DNA of 46,504 nucleotides from Toensbergia leucococca (Eukaryota): NCBI GenBank assembly GCA_022813965.1, contig JALDZS010000182.1, positions 1 to 46,504 of the forward strand, read 5' to 3'. Shown piece by piece: positions 1 to 11,815 of this stretch (position 1 is its first letter; each line of letters starts with the position of its first letter). The notes under the pieces were generated by a model. It saw only the letters and a program-made list of their open reading frames with translations, ran no database searches and was not told where the DNA came from. The position numbers and the translations under genes were made by a program.

Positions 1-170
1 GGGTGATGGAATCAAGTCAGGATGTGGTACAAAAGCATGGTTTTCCTCCTAGGTAATTTGACTTCTAGACGGCACGCAAAGGGAACAAGTAACTGTCTTG
101 TAAAGTGGTGGGTAATCGAGGCAAGATGTGGTGCAGAATTAACATGATTTTGCGCCCGGGCACTAGTTGT

Positions 171-475
171 GGGGGGGGGGTGTAGGATGTAGCCAAAGGG
201 GGTGTAGGATTAGCATAATAGCATATTACAAGTCGTATGAGGTATTGCTATCATTACCCAGAATTATTTCATTGTATCCATGCTATTTCCTATGTCCTCC
301 TCAATTACGGCAGTATCGCCTAGGGGCATTCCAAAAGTTTCAAGTTTGCTCAAGATATAAACCAGGAGTGTAACCAGCTAAACCTTTGCTATTGTAAAGA
401 ACGTCGCGGTCAACCTTTGCGTACCGCCTATGCTATCGTAAAGAACGTCGCGGTCAGCCTTTGCGTACCCAAACA
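171..475 (+). mobile_element. Probable 3' LTR (181-475) of an LTR retrotransposon, preceded by its polypurine tract (G10, 171-180)
   Basis: A run of 10 G is immediately followed by TGTAGG at 181. The segment ends ..CCCAAACA at 475 (TGT...ACA termini), has an internal TATAAA near 356 and contains a tandem duplication. The partner LTR and TSD are not in the window. Confidence 0.5.
387..469. repeat. Two 39-bp direct repeats (period 44) inside the putative LTR
   Basis: tgctattgtaaagaacgtcgcggtcaacctttgcgtacc (387-425) vs tgctatcgtaaagaacgtcgcggtcagcctttgcgtacc (431-469), 2 mismatches. Confidence 0.9.
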
Positions 476-538
476 TGCATCATGCCAAAGCAATATCTCC
501 CTCAACATCCCATTTCAATGTCCCCAAGACTCGATCCT

Positions 539-1003
539 TCAAGTCCACTGGATGGTATCGCCTTCCCTTGCTGAGACCTCCTTCGCAGCACCCGTCCCGT
601 TGAAGTACACCACTGTCGCTATTTTGACGGTACCGGGAAGTGTATCGCCGCCCATACTGTCATTGTAGACTTTGTAACCCTGGTTACTCAACAGAGCTTG
701 GTACATGTTGGTGTACACGGTCTGATCCTTGACCTCAACGTTTCCGTACACAATGGTCTTGATATCTTTGGAGAAAGTGAAGGTTTGGTACTCTTGAGCG
801 CCGCGCATGCGGTGCGGAAGGCCGTCACCGAGGGAGTAATAGATCATGCCGTACTTGATCACACCAGGAGCTGGATCCTCACCAAAGGTATCGTTGCTGA
901 CTTTGATGTCGGTGTGTTGGTCGATAGCTTCTGCGATGGTGTCAAGAGCCTTGCCAGTGATGGCTTTGGGTCCGTAAAATGCAATGATAGTAGCTCTAGA
1001 CAT
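539..1003 (-). CDS. 154-aa protein with two internal repeats resembling a cysteine-free SUEL/rhamnose-binding-lectin-like (DUF3395-like) domain
   Basis: Intact ATG-TGA ORF. Repeat 1 is AFYG..VSNDTFGEDPAPGVIKYGMIYY..QE and repeat 2 is IVYG..VYNDSMGGDTLPGTVKIATVVY..REG, matching the A-x-YG...N-x-x-FG-DP-x-x-G-x-x-K pattern. There is a 5'UTR intron at 1024-1099 (GTAAGT..CTAAC..TAG on minus) and a TATAAA at 1199-1204. Confidence 0.75.
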   Translation of the reverse strand: MSRATIIAFYGPKAITGKALDTIAEAIDQHTDIKVSNDTFGEDPAPGVIKYGMIYYSLGDGLPHRMRGAQEYQTFTFSKDIKTIVYGNVEVKDQTVYTNMYQALLSNQGYKVYNDSMGGDTLPGTVKIATVVYFNGTGAAKEVSAREGDTIQWT

Positions 1004-1198
1004 CTTAGATATGCAGAAGCTGTCTAGGCGAGGTTAGTAAAAACAGGACAGGCGGCATTACCACTTAGAAGTCTTTGACAAATGATGTTGCTCACTTACT
1101 GTGCTATTTTCGATTTTGACGTGATAAAACCTGGTGTTGCTGATAATTCTCGATTTTGAAGTACGAAATAATGAAGTTGAGAGGGGATCCTACCTACC

Positions 1199-1204
1199 TT
1201 TATA
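1199..1204 (-). promoter_or_regulatory. TATA box of the lectin-like gene
   Basis: TATAAA on the minus strand about 100 nt upstream of the 5'UTR intron donor. Confidence 0.45.
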
Positions 1205-1388
1205 TTCTTCTGTGCTGAATGAATGGAACATGTCCGTTGTGAGTGATATATCCTAGTCTACTGGACAATAGTTTAAATTGGCTGAACGTGAATTATTCAG
1301 AACAGCAAGCTAGAGTAGTTCGTATGCTGAGAGAAGATGCAGTACAAAAGATCTGCCGGTTCAATCTGGAAATGGCTAGGTGCAGAAA

Positions 1389-1782
1389 GTCAGCAAGCCA
1401 CAAGAACTGTCAGGCTGACTGGACGATATAGAGTGGTTCAAAACAGATTGTCAGCAGGTCACAAGAATTGCAGGCTGGCTGAACGATATAGAGTGGTTCA
1501 AAACAGATTGTCAGCAAGCCACAAGAATTGCAGGCTGGCTGAACGATGTAGAGTGGTTCAAACCAAGTTGTCAGCAAGCCACGAGAATTGCAGGCTGACT
1601 GAACGATATAGAGTGATTCAAAACAGATTGTCAGCAAGTCACAAGAATTGCAGGCTGGCTGAATGATATAGAGTGATTCAAAACAGATTGTCAGCAAGTC
1701 ACAAGAATTGCAGGCTGGCTGAACGATATGAAGTGGTTCAAAACAGATTATCAGCAGGCCACAAGAATTGCAGGCTGGCTGA
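1389..1782. repeat. Tandem array of ~6.6 copies of a 60-bp unit
   Basis: Consensus gtcagcaagccacaagaattgcaggctggctgaacgatatagagtggttcaaaacagatt recurs with period 60; differences are mostly transitions. Confidence 0.97.
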
Positions 1783-2309
1783 GTACAAGATAGACTTTTC
1801 AAGAGAGGGAGGTATCGAGTCTATCGTGAAGGGCTGAGCGGAGCACATTACAGCGGATGTCCGGACCGTTCGACGGCCATAGAACGCTTTGAGAGCATAT
1901 ATTGTGCAGTTTCTTTGTCTCCAGCAAAATCTGACATGGCCGTTACAGATGTGGTCGAGGATCCATAACGGGTCTGGGGGCTGATGGCTGAGCTGAGAAC
2001 AACCAAATCATTGGTACGGAGATTTAATAGGGAGTTGCGGCAGCAAGAAAACGCCCGATTCGAGCTCACGCCGTGGCGTCCTTCGCTAAGGTAAGTCGGG
2101 AGCGTGCTAGAATAGCTGATTTGGGGCTAGTCCTAATCGCCTACCTAAGCACGTTTAACCATATAATTGTACAAAACAATATCTGTTTCCCTTATGTAAC
2201 CAGCTGTAGACCAAGTTTTAAAACCACAGTTAAGAAGAGATCACCGCACTACTACTATGTGGACACGGTGGTACGTCACCAGCAAGGCCCCCCAAGGTAG
2301 GTAAGGGGG

Positions 2310-2511
2310 GCAAGTTTGGTCATAGGTAGACCCGTTGAGGACTAGCACGTTTGTTTCTGGGTTACAATGAGATGAGATGAGATGCTCTGCTCTTCGGTGT
2401 TACGAGCAGGCATGAGCAAAGGCGATGCACAACAAAAGCGGAAATGGACTAACGCTATGAACAACCCGGTGCAGAGATAAAGTCCTACCTACAGCCTAAA
2501 CGCCTCATAGT
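2310..2511 (-). repeat. Diverged duplicate of the last codons and 3'UTR of the monooxygenase gene (homologous to 2641-2847)
   Basis: Shared blocks gcaagtttg, gagatgagatgctct, gtgttacga, catgagcaa, aaagcggaaatg, taacgctatgaa and cctacctac..gcctaaacgcctcata. This copy encodes YEAFRL* versus the gene's YEAFRQ*. Confidence 0.85.
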
Positions 2512-2824
2512 AACCCTCTCACAAATCCCGCTTCTGTCAAATTCTGCCGGGCATTTCAAGCATGCAGTTGTTCAGATCTCAAGTGCGTCTGTTACTCTAT
2601 TTGATCGAATAGCACCATCTGGAGAAGCTTGTGGCTAGGAGCAAGTTTGCATCTCTGAGGACTATAATCACGTTTACCCCTGGATGACGATGAGATGAGA
2701 TGCTCTTCCGTGTTACGACATAACATGAGCAAGAGCGATGCGCGATATGAAAATCTACAAGTTTTGAGAGAAAGCGGAAATGAAGTAACGCTATGAAAAG
2801 CATGATACAGAAACAAAGCCCTAC

Positions 2825-4081
2825 CTACTGCCTAAACGCCTCATAATCTGGCAACTTAAACGAGTCCCCACCGAACGGAAGATAGGCCGCGATGTTCGAG
2901 AACAATGTAGTTATCCCCGTCGCCGACAGGACCCCTACACCCCAAGCAACAGTTTCAATGACTCTGATACCCAGCGTCGACTGAGGGTTAACAATCCACG
3001 GTATGCCCGGCGGCAGCTTCTGGATACTCTCAACGTAGGGGCGCAGGACACGCTCATAGGACTCTAGCGCCGCGGATATATTGTCCGGCTGTCGAGATAT
3101 CTCGCCCGCAAGGACGTATGCGCCAATGAAAGCGATGGATGTGCCCATGCCCGTAAATGGCGAAGGGGCATACCCCGCATCGCCGACCACAGTCACATGA
3201 CCGCTCGACCAGCGCTCCAGACGGATCTGTGCGACATGTTGCATGTAAAAGTCCTCGGACTCGTGCATGCCCTTCAATATCCGAGGAGTTTCCCAGTCGG
3301 CGTCTTGAAACAGTTCTTGGACCAGAAGTTTTTGCGCCGCGATACCCTCTTTGGAAGCCTTTTCGAGTCGAACAAGTCTTTCGTCTGACTTGTCGTAGGC
3401 TGTAAGGCTTAGGAAAGCCCTGGTCCGGCCCACGTTGTCTGGTCGCACCATCATGTTCCGACCCCCCTTGACCCAGTGAACTCTCGACCACATCTTGTCG
3501 GTATCACCGATTGGAATGGAGAAGTACGACACATAAGAGTTCAGAGATCTGACATGAGAAGAGCCATTCCCAAACGCTAGATCCCGTATCTTCGAGCCGA
3601 TGCCATCTGCAGCCACAACTAGGTCGAAAGCCGTGGTCGGTGTGCCGTTGGCAAAGTTCACGCCAACTTCCTTTTCTGATTCTTCCAGGCTCTCGACCAT
3701 GTCGCCGAAGATGTAGGAGACGTCATCCTTTGTGATATCAAAGAGAATGCCTGCCAGCTCTCCTCTGAGAATCTCAATGTCGCTCGTTATGCCTTCGCCC
3801 TTGCCGGATTTGTCGACACCAAAGCGCGCAAAGCAACGGTTGTTGCTGTCAACAGCCTCAAGGCCTTCCTCGTGCGAGCTTCTGTCCCGAATGCGATCGA
3901 AAATTCCCATGCGTTTAATTACATCTCGAGCGGCTTCACGGACGTCAATGCCTTGACCGGCACTTCGAAGCATCGGTGCACGCTCGACAACGGTCACTAT
4001 GCATCCTGCGCGAACGAGCCAATAGGCAAGCGCCGGCCCAGCGACGGAGGCACCGCTCACGAGAACGCGGAGTTTTGACAT
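2825..4081 (-). CDS. FAD-dependent monooxygenase/oxidoreductase (FAD_binding_3, UbiH-like), intronless, 418 aa
   Basis: Rossmann motif LRVLVSGASVAGPALAYWL, DLVVAADGIGS (DG motif) and VTVVGDAGYAPSPFTGMGTSIA (GD motif). The first ATG is at 4081; the ORF track start at 4111 is TTG. Confidence 0.92.
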   Translation of the reverse strand: MSKLRVLVSGASVAGPALAYWLVRAGCIVTVVERAPMLRSAGQGIDVREAARDVIKRMGIFDRIRDRSSHEEGLEAVDSNNRCFARFGVDKSGKGEGITSDIEILRGELAGILFDITKDDVSYIFGDMVESLEESEKEVGVNFANGTPTTAFDLVVAADGIGSKIRDLAFGNGSSHVRSLNSYVSYFSIPIGDTDKMWSRVHWVKGGRNMMVRPDNVGRTRAFLSLTAYDKSDERLVRLEKASKEGIAAQKLLVQELFQDADWETPRILKGMHESEDFYMQHVAQIRLERWSSGHVTVVGDAGYAPSPFTGMGTSIAFIGAYVLAGEISRQPDNISAALESYERVLRPYVESIQKLPPGIPWIVNPQSTLGIRVIETVAWGVGVLSATGITTLFSNIAAYLPFGGDSFKLPDYEAFRQ

Positions 4082-4419
4082 GATCCTGGTTGCGGTTTGA
4101 TAAGTAGCCAAGGGTTAAGGATATTGTTGTAGAGGACTCGAAGTCTTATGGTGGACTATGGTATGGTTGTCAGCGTCCAACATACCCGCTCTGCGACTCA
4201 TTCGGCGGGTCCGCAAATAGAATTGCTTGGGCTGAGCAACATTCAAAGACTTATACATTTCTTCTCATGCCCACCGGGCTCAAATTCGATGACGCAGTCC
4301 GGATTGAAGATACCTAATTGTGTCAAGGCCCGGAGGCGACCAGCACCCGGAACCCAATCCTAGTCCAATGTGGTTAGCTTATCATGACTTGCTTGCAGGC
4401 TTACGTCACCAAATCTTTT

Positions 4420-5950
4420 TTTTTCATGCACCAGTCCACCCAAAACATTCCTCTAATGCGCATCAGAAATGATCATGAAAACCTCATACACCCTTTCTCT
4501 GTTGTGAAAACATTAGTTAAAACCCTTTTTGATGTGATAGTGCTGTCTGATAAATGAGTATCATCTTGTATATTAATTATGTAATAGATAATCACAATGA
4601 AAGTACTCCGTATGTCTCATGTAAATGACTCTAACTAAACACTTCACAAATACCCTTTTCTGCTCTGTTGATGATTAATTTTACTAATTTATTAAAGTGC
4701 TTCTTTGCGCTTCGTAGATGCTCTCTCAATATCATTTTCGTTGTAATTAAGCTCTTCCCTTACAAAGTAAGAAAGCAATTTTATAAAGGCAAGTCCGCGG
4801 CATATACATGCAAGCTGATTGAGTTTCTTTATTAAAGAGTAAATCTTGAATTAGTTCGCATTTTCTTATTACATAAAAACTTGAAAATCTTCGAGCGTTT
4901 TCAGTGTGATATCAGGGAGGGGCTTTTGAAGAAATGACGAGAGGCGGGTAGAATGGGGAGAAAAAGAGATATTATTTATTGAGAGCCGAGGGTCAGAGTT
5001 ATACGAAAAGGGGGAGTTAACAAGACTGAGTGTAAGAGGCTACGACATGTTTTTTGGGCGGGGAATCGTTGAGTGATTGAATTGAGACTCTATTCGGCTT
5101 TGAGAGAGGGGAAATGGAGGGCCGTGTTGTGTTGGGAAAAACGGTACTTTACAGAAGGTTGCGTGGGTATGGACGGGAGGATTTCCCGAGGCATTCGTAG
5201 TTGGGAAGTTGGTCTATGGGAGTTCGAGGTGCGTGAATTTTGGTGCTTTTAGCATTGTAAGGCTAGCTGTAACATTAATTGAGCTGGGTTTTTCGCGAGA
5301 GTGAGACCGCTTGTGTGTACAAAGCAATTTCTAGGACATGGGTTGTAGAGTTCGGCGGTTTGTGTACGGTATCTTGGAATTGTGGTTCATTCTAGTAGCG
5401 TAAGAGTTCTGAAGGGGCTTGTTTGAGGTCTTGCATGGTACGGATCTTAGTGTGGTGGGCTTGTTGTTGTTATTCCTCCTATTCTCTCAGCTTACGTGTC
5501 GGACTGGAGGCTTGTGTGCTAGCACGGTGATTAATTGATGGACTGATGTTCTGGCTCACTGCTGATCGGGTGGTTGTGGGTCTGAGGGAGAGCTTGAAAG
5601 GTTTGTTCAAGTTTGAGACAGGTTGACCCTGCAGGTAGTGGATACGTTGATGGATGGTAGGGTTGAGGGTTCGCATCTCAAGGATGAGGGGGTGTGGCGA
5701 AGGTTTGGGAGCGGGGAAGAGCTGACGTAAGAGGAAGATGTGGAGTGAGGGCGTCGTTTAAGGGGTGCTTGTATTATCTGTGCAGGTGAGTATGGATAGG
5801 ATCAATTTAGTTGTTGTGTATTTAGAGAGAGGTTGCGATAGAATAAATGCCTTGGTGAAGTGGTTGTTTCAAGAGATAGAATGTCGTGTGATATTAACCT
5901 CGATGGGGAACTGGTTTGGAAGGGGTTTCAATCCAGACTGTTGACCAGGG
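4420..5950. other. Degenerate AT-rich then G/T-skewed region, probably a mutated repeat or gene relic
   Basis: Abrupt compositional shift, stop-riddled frames and strong strand skew; no recognisable domain. Confidence 0.35.
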
Positions 5951-8900
5951 TAGATGGCGCGAATGACTGGATATGGGAGTTGGGTACATATGCATGCACG
6001 CATCGAAAGCAGGGGAATGCGTGGAGGCAGGGAGGGTAGGTACCTTATTGAAGCTGCATCGGCACTTGGAAATGGCCTCGGTAGTCAGGCGATTCTTACC
6101 TACTATTCTTGTTCGGCGGTGCGGGGTGGTTTCGACAGTTTCACCATAATCACAATTAATCTAAGATATATGATTTGGCAGTGTGATCCGAGAGATTGGA
6201 GTACCTTACAGGAGGATTACTGTCATGATATCATTTTAGGGAATCCGAGTTGTGACCAGAGCCTGCTTTTGCCTGCCTGAGTGAAGAGTTACATGGCACA
6301 AGTGACGAATAAAGTGTTTCAAGGATCCTGCTTTCTGAGAGTAGCAACATGTGCAGCGATTCGTAGAGCTGAACACGGTTATTGTTTCTTGGGACATGCG
6401 GGATTCGGTCATTATTCTCAGGGTCCCGCATGCTAAGAAGACGGAATAGAATAGAGATGGCTATTTTTGGGACTATCATTTCGTAGGCTTCGCCCTGGTA
6501 GAAAACCACAGTACCTGATACACAATAAAAAGGAGCATACATTGAGTGATTCAATGCCTTTGATCTTGCTTGATGTACTTAGCCGACTGAGATGCGGTCA
6601 GTGCTTGGTTGATCGCTCTTTGCGCATATATCACAGATGACCAATACTTTTCTTATTGTCTTACATGCTTACTTTCTTCCGTCGATCGACAATGAATATC
6701 TTACAGAATCTCAACAATCATCACCAATTCGCAAGGGAAGGGGTTGATCTCGTAGAGGCCGCGTCAAGGTCCGTGTCGCTCGAGGCACCTTCCTTGTGTC
6801 TCGTCTGTACACATGGCATCCTGACCATGTAAAGCTCCAAGCGAGCATTTACGCGCATCTATCAAATTTGTGATCTCGCGTGCTGTAGGCTCCAGGGGAA
6901 GTGCTGGGGATTGGCAGAGAATCTACCCGATCATGTTGAGAATGATGAGGATGCAGCAGACGAGTATGGTCGAGGACAACCAGTCGTTGATGAAGCTCCT
7001 GTGTGACTTCGTATGATTATCATTCGCCCAATAGGGAGTGACCACGAAAAGCCAATTTCCTCTTCTGGAAGAGTGGGTCACTTGTAAATCTAGATTAGGT
7101 TAATGAAACCCTAAAATGGTAATCGTTTCATTAGGGTACATCCTCTGCGCTGATGATGATATGAGACATACTTCAAACTCTATTCATCCCGGGAATAGAG
7201 CAAAAGACGGGGAAAACAAGTCAATCGTCCGAGTTTAGTCAGAATGCCGTCAGATGCGAAAATAGTATTCTAATGCGTGATCCTCGGAAACGTCAAAAAC
7301 TTTCCTCTTGAGCTCCTCCAGCCGAATTCTAGATGCATGGTCGGAAAGGGACGCGACATTCTCGTGAGGGCAGGGAGTGGTGGAAATGCATTGCAATCGA
7401 CTTGAAGATTCTGTGAGGATTACCCGTTTCCTTCAGGATTTCCAGCCACATTGTGCAGGGTAGGAAACACGAATGATCTCCAGGATGTGGGAACTGAAAA
7501 CAATCAAATTGGTGAAATGAATTGCACTCGCTTGAATCATAAGGGAATCCGATGCTAGTGCGAGGGGAACGGTCCGAGGGGAACGGCCTGGATGAGCCGA
7601 GGGCGGGGAGATATGAAAGCTCGACGAGAAATCAGTCGTCTTTTACACGTCCAGAGCCTAGAAGCAATTCTTTTGTAAAGTCTTGCTTTTTGTTTGACGC
7701 GACCCAAATACACTCTCGACCCTGTTCCATCCATCTTCTCCAGGCTGCATGAAAATCCACGTGTACGTAAGGAGGTAAGGTACCTAAGCTCCTAATTCTA
7801 AGGTACTCTACCTCCTTCTTACCGTATCGCTAAAGCGGGTGGTGCAGGTGGTGCAGGTACCACATCGGAAAAGCATTGTCGAACCAGCGTGACGGGGCCT
7901 CGAGCGCAGCAGCTTTAGGCTGTCAGGACCCAAACGGGAAAGATCTGACAGCCATCACAGGCATCACACAGCCCTCAGGGGACACCCGCCCGGCGTGGCT
8001 CAATGCACTGCTCGTCGCGATCCGACTCCCCTCGAACCTGGACCATGCTCCATGTGCCCTTTCCCTGTCGTAATCCCTACTACTGGAATCCAAGCACCAA
8101 AGATTGTGGATCATTAGCGAATCTTTGGGACCGATGGAACCACTAGAGAAGGCCTTCCCCCTTGTCGTGATATTAGACTTTGAGGTGTGGGACCAGGATG
8201 CGACGCACGTCCAATAAGGTATAATGCAGTTGTGTAACAGGCAAGATACTGGTACGTCAAAGCCTGGCCCTGATAGAATCCCAAGCCATCATCATCACCA
8301 TTCCCGTTACCATTATTCCAGCCATTATCGTAGAATATCAGTTTTTCAATGTTGCAATCAAAATAATCGATATTTCCTACGGACCCCGATTCGACACCCC
8401 TCACCCTTCACCCTTGATTGGATCAACCCTTCGTTCCCAATCGCACCGATCTTTTCGTGGCGTCACACCCTTCTGCCGCAGCGGGTCGAGTGAAACGGCA
8501 GGTCGCGTGGTAGCGGCAATTGCTCTCAATAGTCGACCTCAATTCTTCAATTATCTTCCTTCCCCGTCGAGCCCGTCCGTCTTGATAAGCTTTACCGTTG
8601 TACTGATTGAATTTGTGATTGGTAGCTGACACCACTCCCCCATGTAAGTCGCCATATTATTCACAATTTTCATCACATCGTTTATCTTTGTTGACCTTAC
8701 CTTATATTCTATCTTCTTTCTTTTTCCCTCCTCCAGCACTTGCTATTTACCATTGGTTGTCTTTGACGAACCGGCCTGGCTTCGATCCTCTCGTCTGCAA
8801 TCGCACCTCGAAAGTCAACTCGGTTGCTCTGCCGGAATCGTACTGGAAATTGACTGATCTGCCCTAAGGCCAGACTAGCAGGACCGTTGGGTCGATGCCA

Positions 8901-9168
8901 ATCTTCTGCCCGTCCTCATTCCTACTCCCTAGCCATGTGGACGCCTCGTGTCTAGGTTTGCAGTAGCATTGTTGTTCCTCGTGGTTGCTATCATTGTATC
9001 GCCGATTGATGGACCTACGCTCCACGGATCTTCCATGAATGAACTTCACCTCACCCGTGGATATCATAGAGCCATATCCTTGCTCCAATTCTCACTTCTT
9101 GCCTCCACTTATTTCAGGAACCCCGCCACGTAGACTGCAAAACTCAATTGGCTTCTTCGGACGCCATC

Positions 9169-11815
9169 ATGTTTACTTCAAAGCCCGCTGCAATCTCCTC
9201 CAGAACGGCCCACCAATCTGATCGACAACGGCTCTACGCTAATTCAACTGAGCAAACGGTAGCTACTACCTCGCATCATCCATCGCCAAGTCACCGAATA
9301 CCAACCCAAGGAAAGAAACGTCCTTCGATGCTTGGGGTTCACTCTCAACGTGATATTGCCCCGACAAACCCCCCTGTCCTCAGTCCTCATATATCACCCA
9401 CTTGCTTGACGGAGAAGTCGTTCCGACGAAGCTCTCAGGAAATGTCGTCGACCTCAGGAGCCACACAACCACGTCGAGAAAGGTCCGAAAGCTTGACTAA
9501 AAGTCTTATATCCAAGGGTTCTAGGCTTTTGAAGCGCCAGAATAGCAAGTTCAGTCTAACCTCGATGCAGTCTCTCGAGGGTTCGGAAGAACAGGATGAC
9601 AGAACTCTTGGAAACCATCTTCAAGAGCTTTCAGGGCGAACTCTATCGAAGCAGAGCACACAATCGACAGGCAGTGGTAAGTACAATTCATCGTTGCAAC
9701 TAATATCCAGGACATGCAGCTAACCTATCTATTCAAGATCAGAGCGCACAGTGGAACATATCTGAGCCCTATAATTTCCACCATCTAACACATACTCACG
9801 CTCAGCAATTCCGTGAAATTGGAACCTCAAGCGATAACGAGATCGTGACGGAGTTTTCCGCAATCCGTGCATCACAAGCGCCTCGTCGGGAACTGCAAGG
9901 CATCAAGGCAGACAATCTGCATTTTAATAATTTCTCATCCGAAGCACTACTGCCTGCGCTGTCCTCACCCAAGTCTTTTGGTCCCATCACCCCACCTGCG
10001 TCAAGTCCTGTAAGGCCTCACGGCATGCGAAGCAATAGTGGACAGAGTACATCGTTTGGTACTTCTAGCATCCAATACCGGCGATCCTTGGATAACTTCT
10101 CGCAACCAAGTCCAAGGTCTGTCAAGTCTCCAACTTCGCCATTGTCGCCGCGTTCTCGGGGACCGTCAAGGGCGACATCATCTCTGCTATACAATTCATT
10201 TGGTCGCCATGATTCACCCACGGCTCCGTCTTTTGAGTCACAGATCACAAACGATGACCTCCCTAATTCAGATGATTTCATAAATCCAATTTCGCCATCA
10301 AGGTTCGCCGCTATAGAAGACGATCGATTTGATTTCTCGACCGTCCCTCATGCCGTCACGACGCCGGATGATATCGCTTTGACTCTCAAAGCTAATTCTT
10401 TCAGCACGATTGGAAGTGAACTAGCAGACGTTCCCGAAGAGGAAGAAAGCCACTTTTGGAAAGGAACACCTATGAAGCATCAGCGACACTCGTCTGCTAA
10501 CAGTACACTGCGACACGTAAAATCCGCTCCGCTTGTGAATTCAGTTTGTCGAGAATCAAGCAATCTCGACTATCGGCCTAACTCCAATGAACTGGGTTCG
10601 TCGTGGATCGATGATTCCTGCTCGACAGATCCAACATTACCGCTTTCCGGTCAAGCTGACGAGGATATACCTCTTCGACCGAGGGTATCTCGTCGACTAT
10701 CCTTTGGTCTTAAAGGCATCGACCGTAACTGGGAAGATGACATCGACTACTGCTACGAGCATGCTGCTGAGGCCGATTGCGAATTTGACTGGGACCGTCT
10801 CCCACAATTTGGACAAGGGGTTTCCGGCTCCAGCAAACATTCTAGACAGTCTTTCGACCATCCAATGACGACATATGAAGTTCCTCCGGAGGCAGACATA
10901 AGCAAAGAAGTCACGACAGATGATCTAACTCATGGTCACGAGTCTTTCATATCATCCTTCCTCAGCTCGCTATCTACCCCTGATCTAGAGCCTTCACCTG
11001 TCAAGTCTGTCGAATCATCGACTGGCAGTATCGCTGAAGCTGTTACTCCGTGTCAGCCACTACAATCTCCCCTTCCGATACAATCGCTTACTGGCGGATC
11101 CAAGAATTTTAGACTCGGCTCTTTGCCGATTCCGTTCGACTACGATCCCCCAATGATACACGAGGAAGAGTATCAGGGAGTTTTGGGGGAAGGGTATTCT
11201 CCTGACCACGACTATGCATTTCATAACAATCCCATAGACTTCCTTGCGGATCGGGACGATTCGCCACGGAGCAGCCGATCCCCGCTTAGTACATGCAATT
11301 CCCAAGAGAGCATGTTGCTTTCGCGAAAAGCATCTCAAGTGCGGCGGCACCGCAGTAATAGCTCTGCAAGCAGTCTGCCTGAATTGGTGCACAGCAAAAG
11401 CATCAGAGGAAGATCGGACTCGATGGCCGAGCTAGCTGCCGAGCAAGCCACGTCTTTGAATACGGCAGAAGCGCTATCGGAGGGCCAGCGAAGTAAATCG
11501 GTCAAACACCGACGAAGTCAAAGTCTAGCAAAAGAGATCGCCCATCAGTCGATGCTCCAAAAGGTCACGAATTACAGTAACTCTGTAGAGGCTCCGGAAT
11601 TGGCGGCACCAGTAACACCACCTTCATCCCACGATCGCGACCGTACCCGTTCAGATGCTGCGACTTTTATTGTTGGGATGCCACCTGCCCTGTATGGATC
11701 TACAATAGCAAGGAGAGTGCGCTCTAGCAGTACTGCTACCTCGCCACCATCACAGAGGAACAGCAAAACGTCTTACTCTCTTTTCCCATCGCCAAGTCCG
11801 AGGTCCCCTTCTTGA
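9169..11815 (+). CDS. Ser/Pro-rich CRIB (Cdc42/Rac-binding, PBD) motif protein; exons 9169-9676 and 9738-11815
   Basis: Intron GTAAGT..CTAAC..AAG (9677-9737) joins the two ORFs in phase and places the CRIB motif ISEPYNFHHLTHT in frame. Fungal-type blocks HAVTTPDD and WEDDIDYCYEHAAEADCEFDW are present. Confidence 0.85.

Noticed and set aside
1389..1782. CRISPR-like array
   Set aside because: Units are contiguous near-identical 60-mers with no unique spacers, the context is eukaryotic, and there are no cas genes.
369..2205. 11-bp direct repeat TGTAACCAGCT (369-379 and 2195-2205) as a TSD around the lectin gene and array
   Set aside because: One 11-mer match within 2 kb is roughly expected by chance, there are no TIRs inside, and the first copy lies within the putative LTR.
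4111..4118. AGGGTTAA resembling a piggyBac end or telomere-like unit
   Set aside because: It is a single occurrence in the monooxygenase leader, with no partner end or tandem copies.
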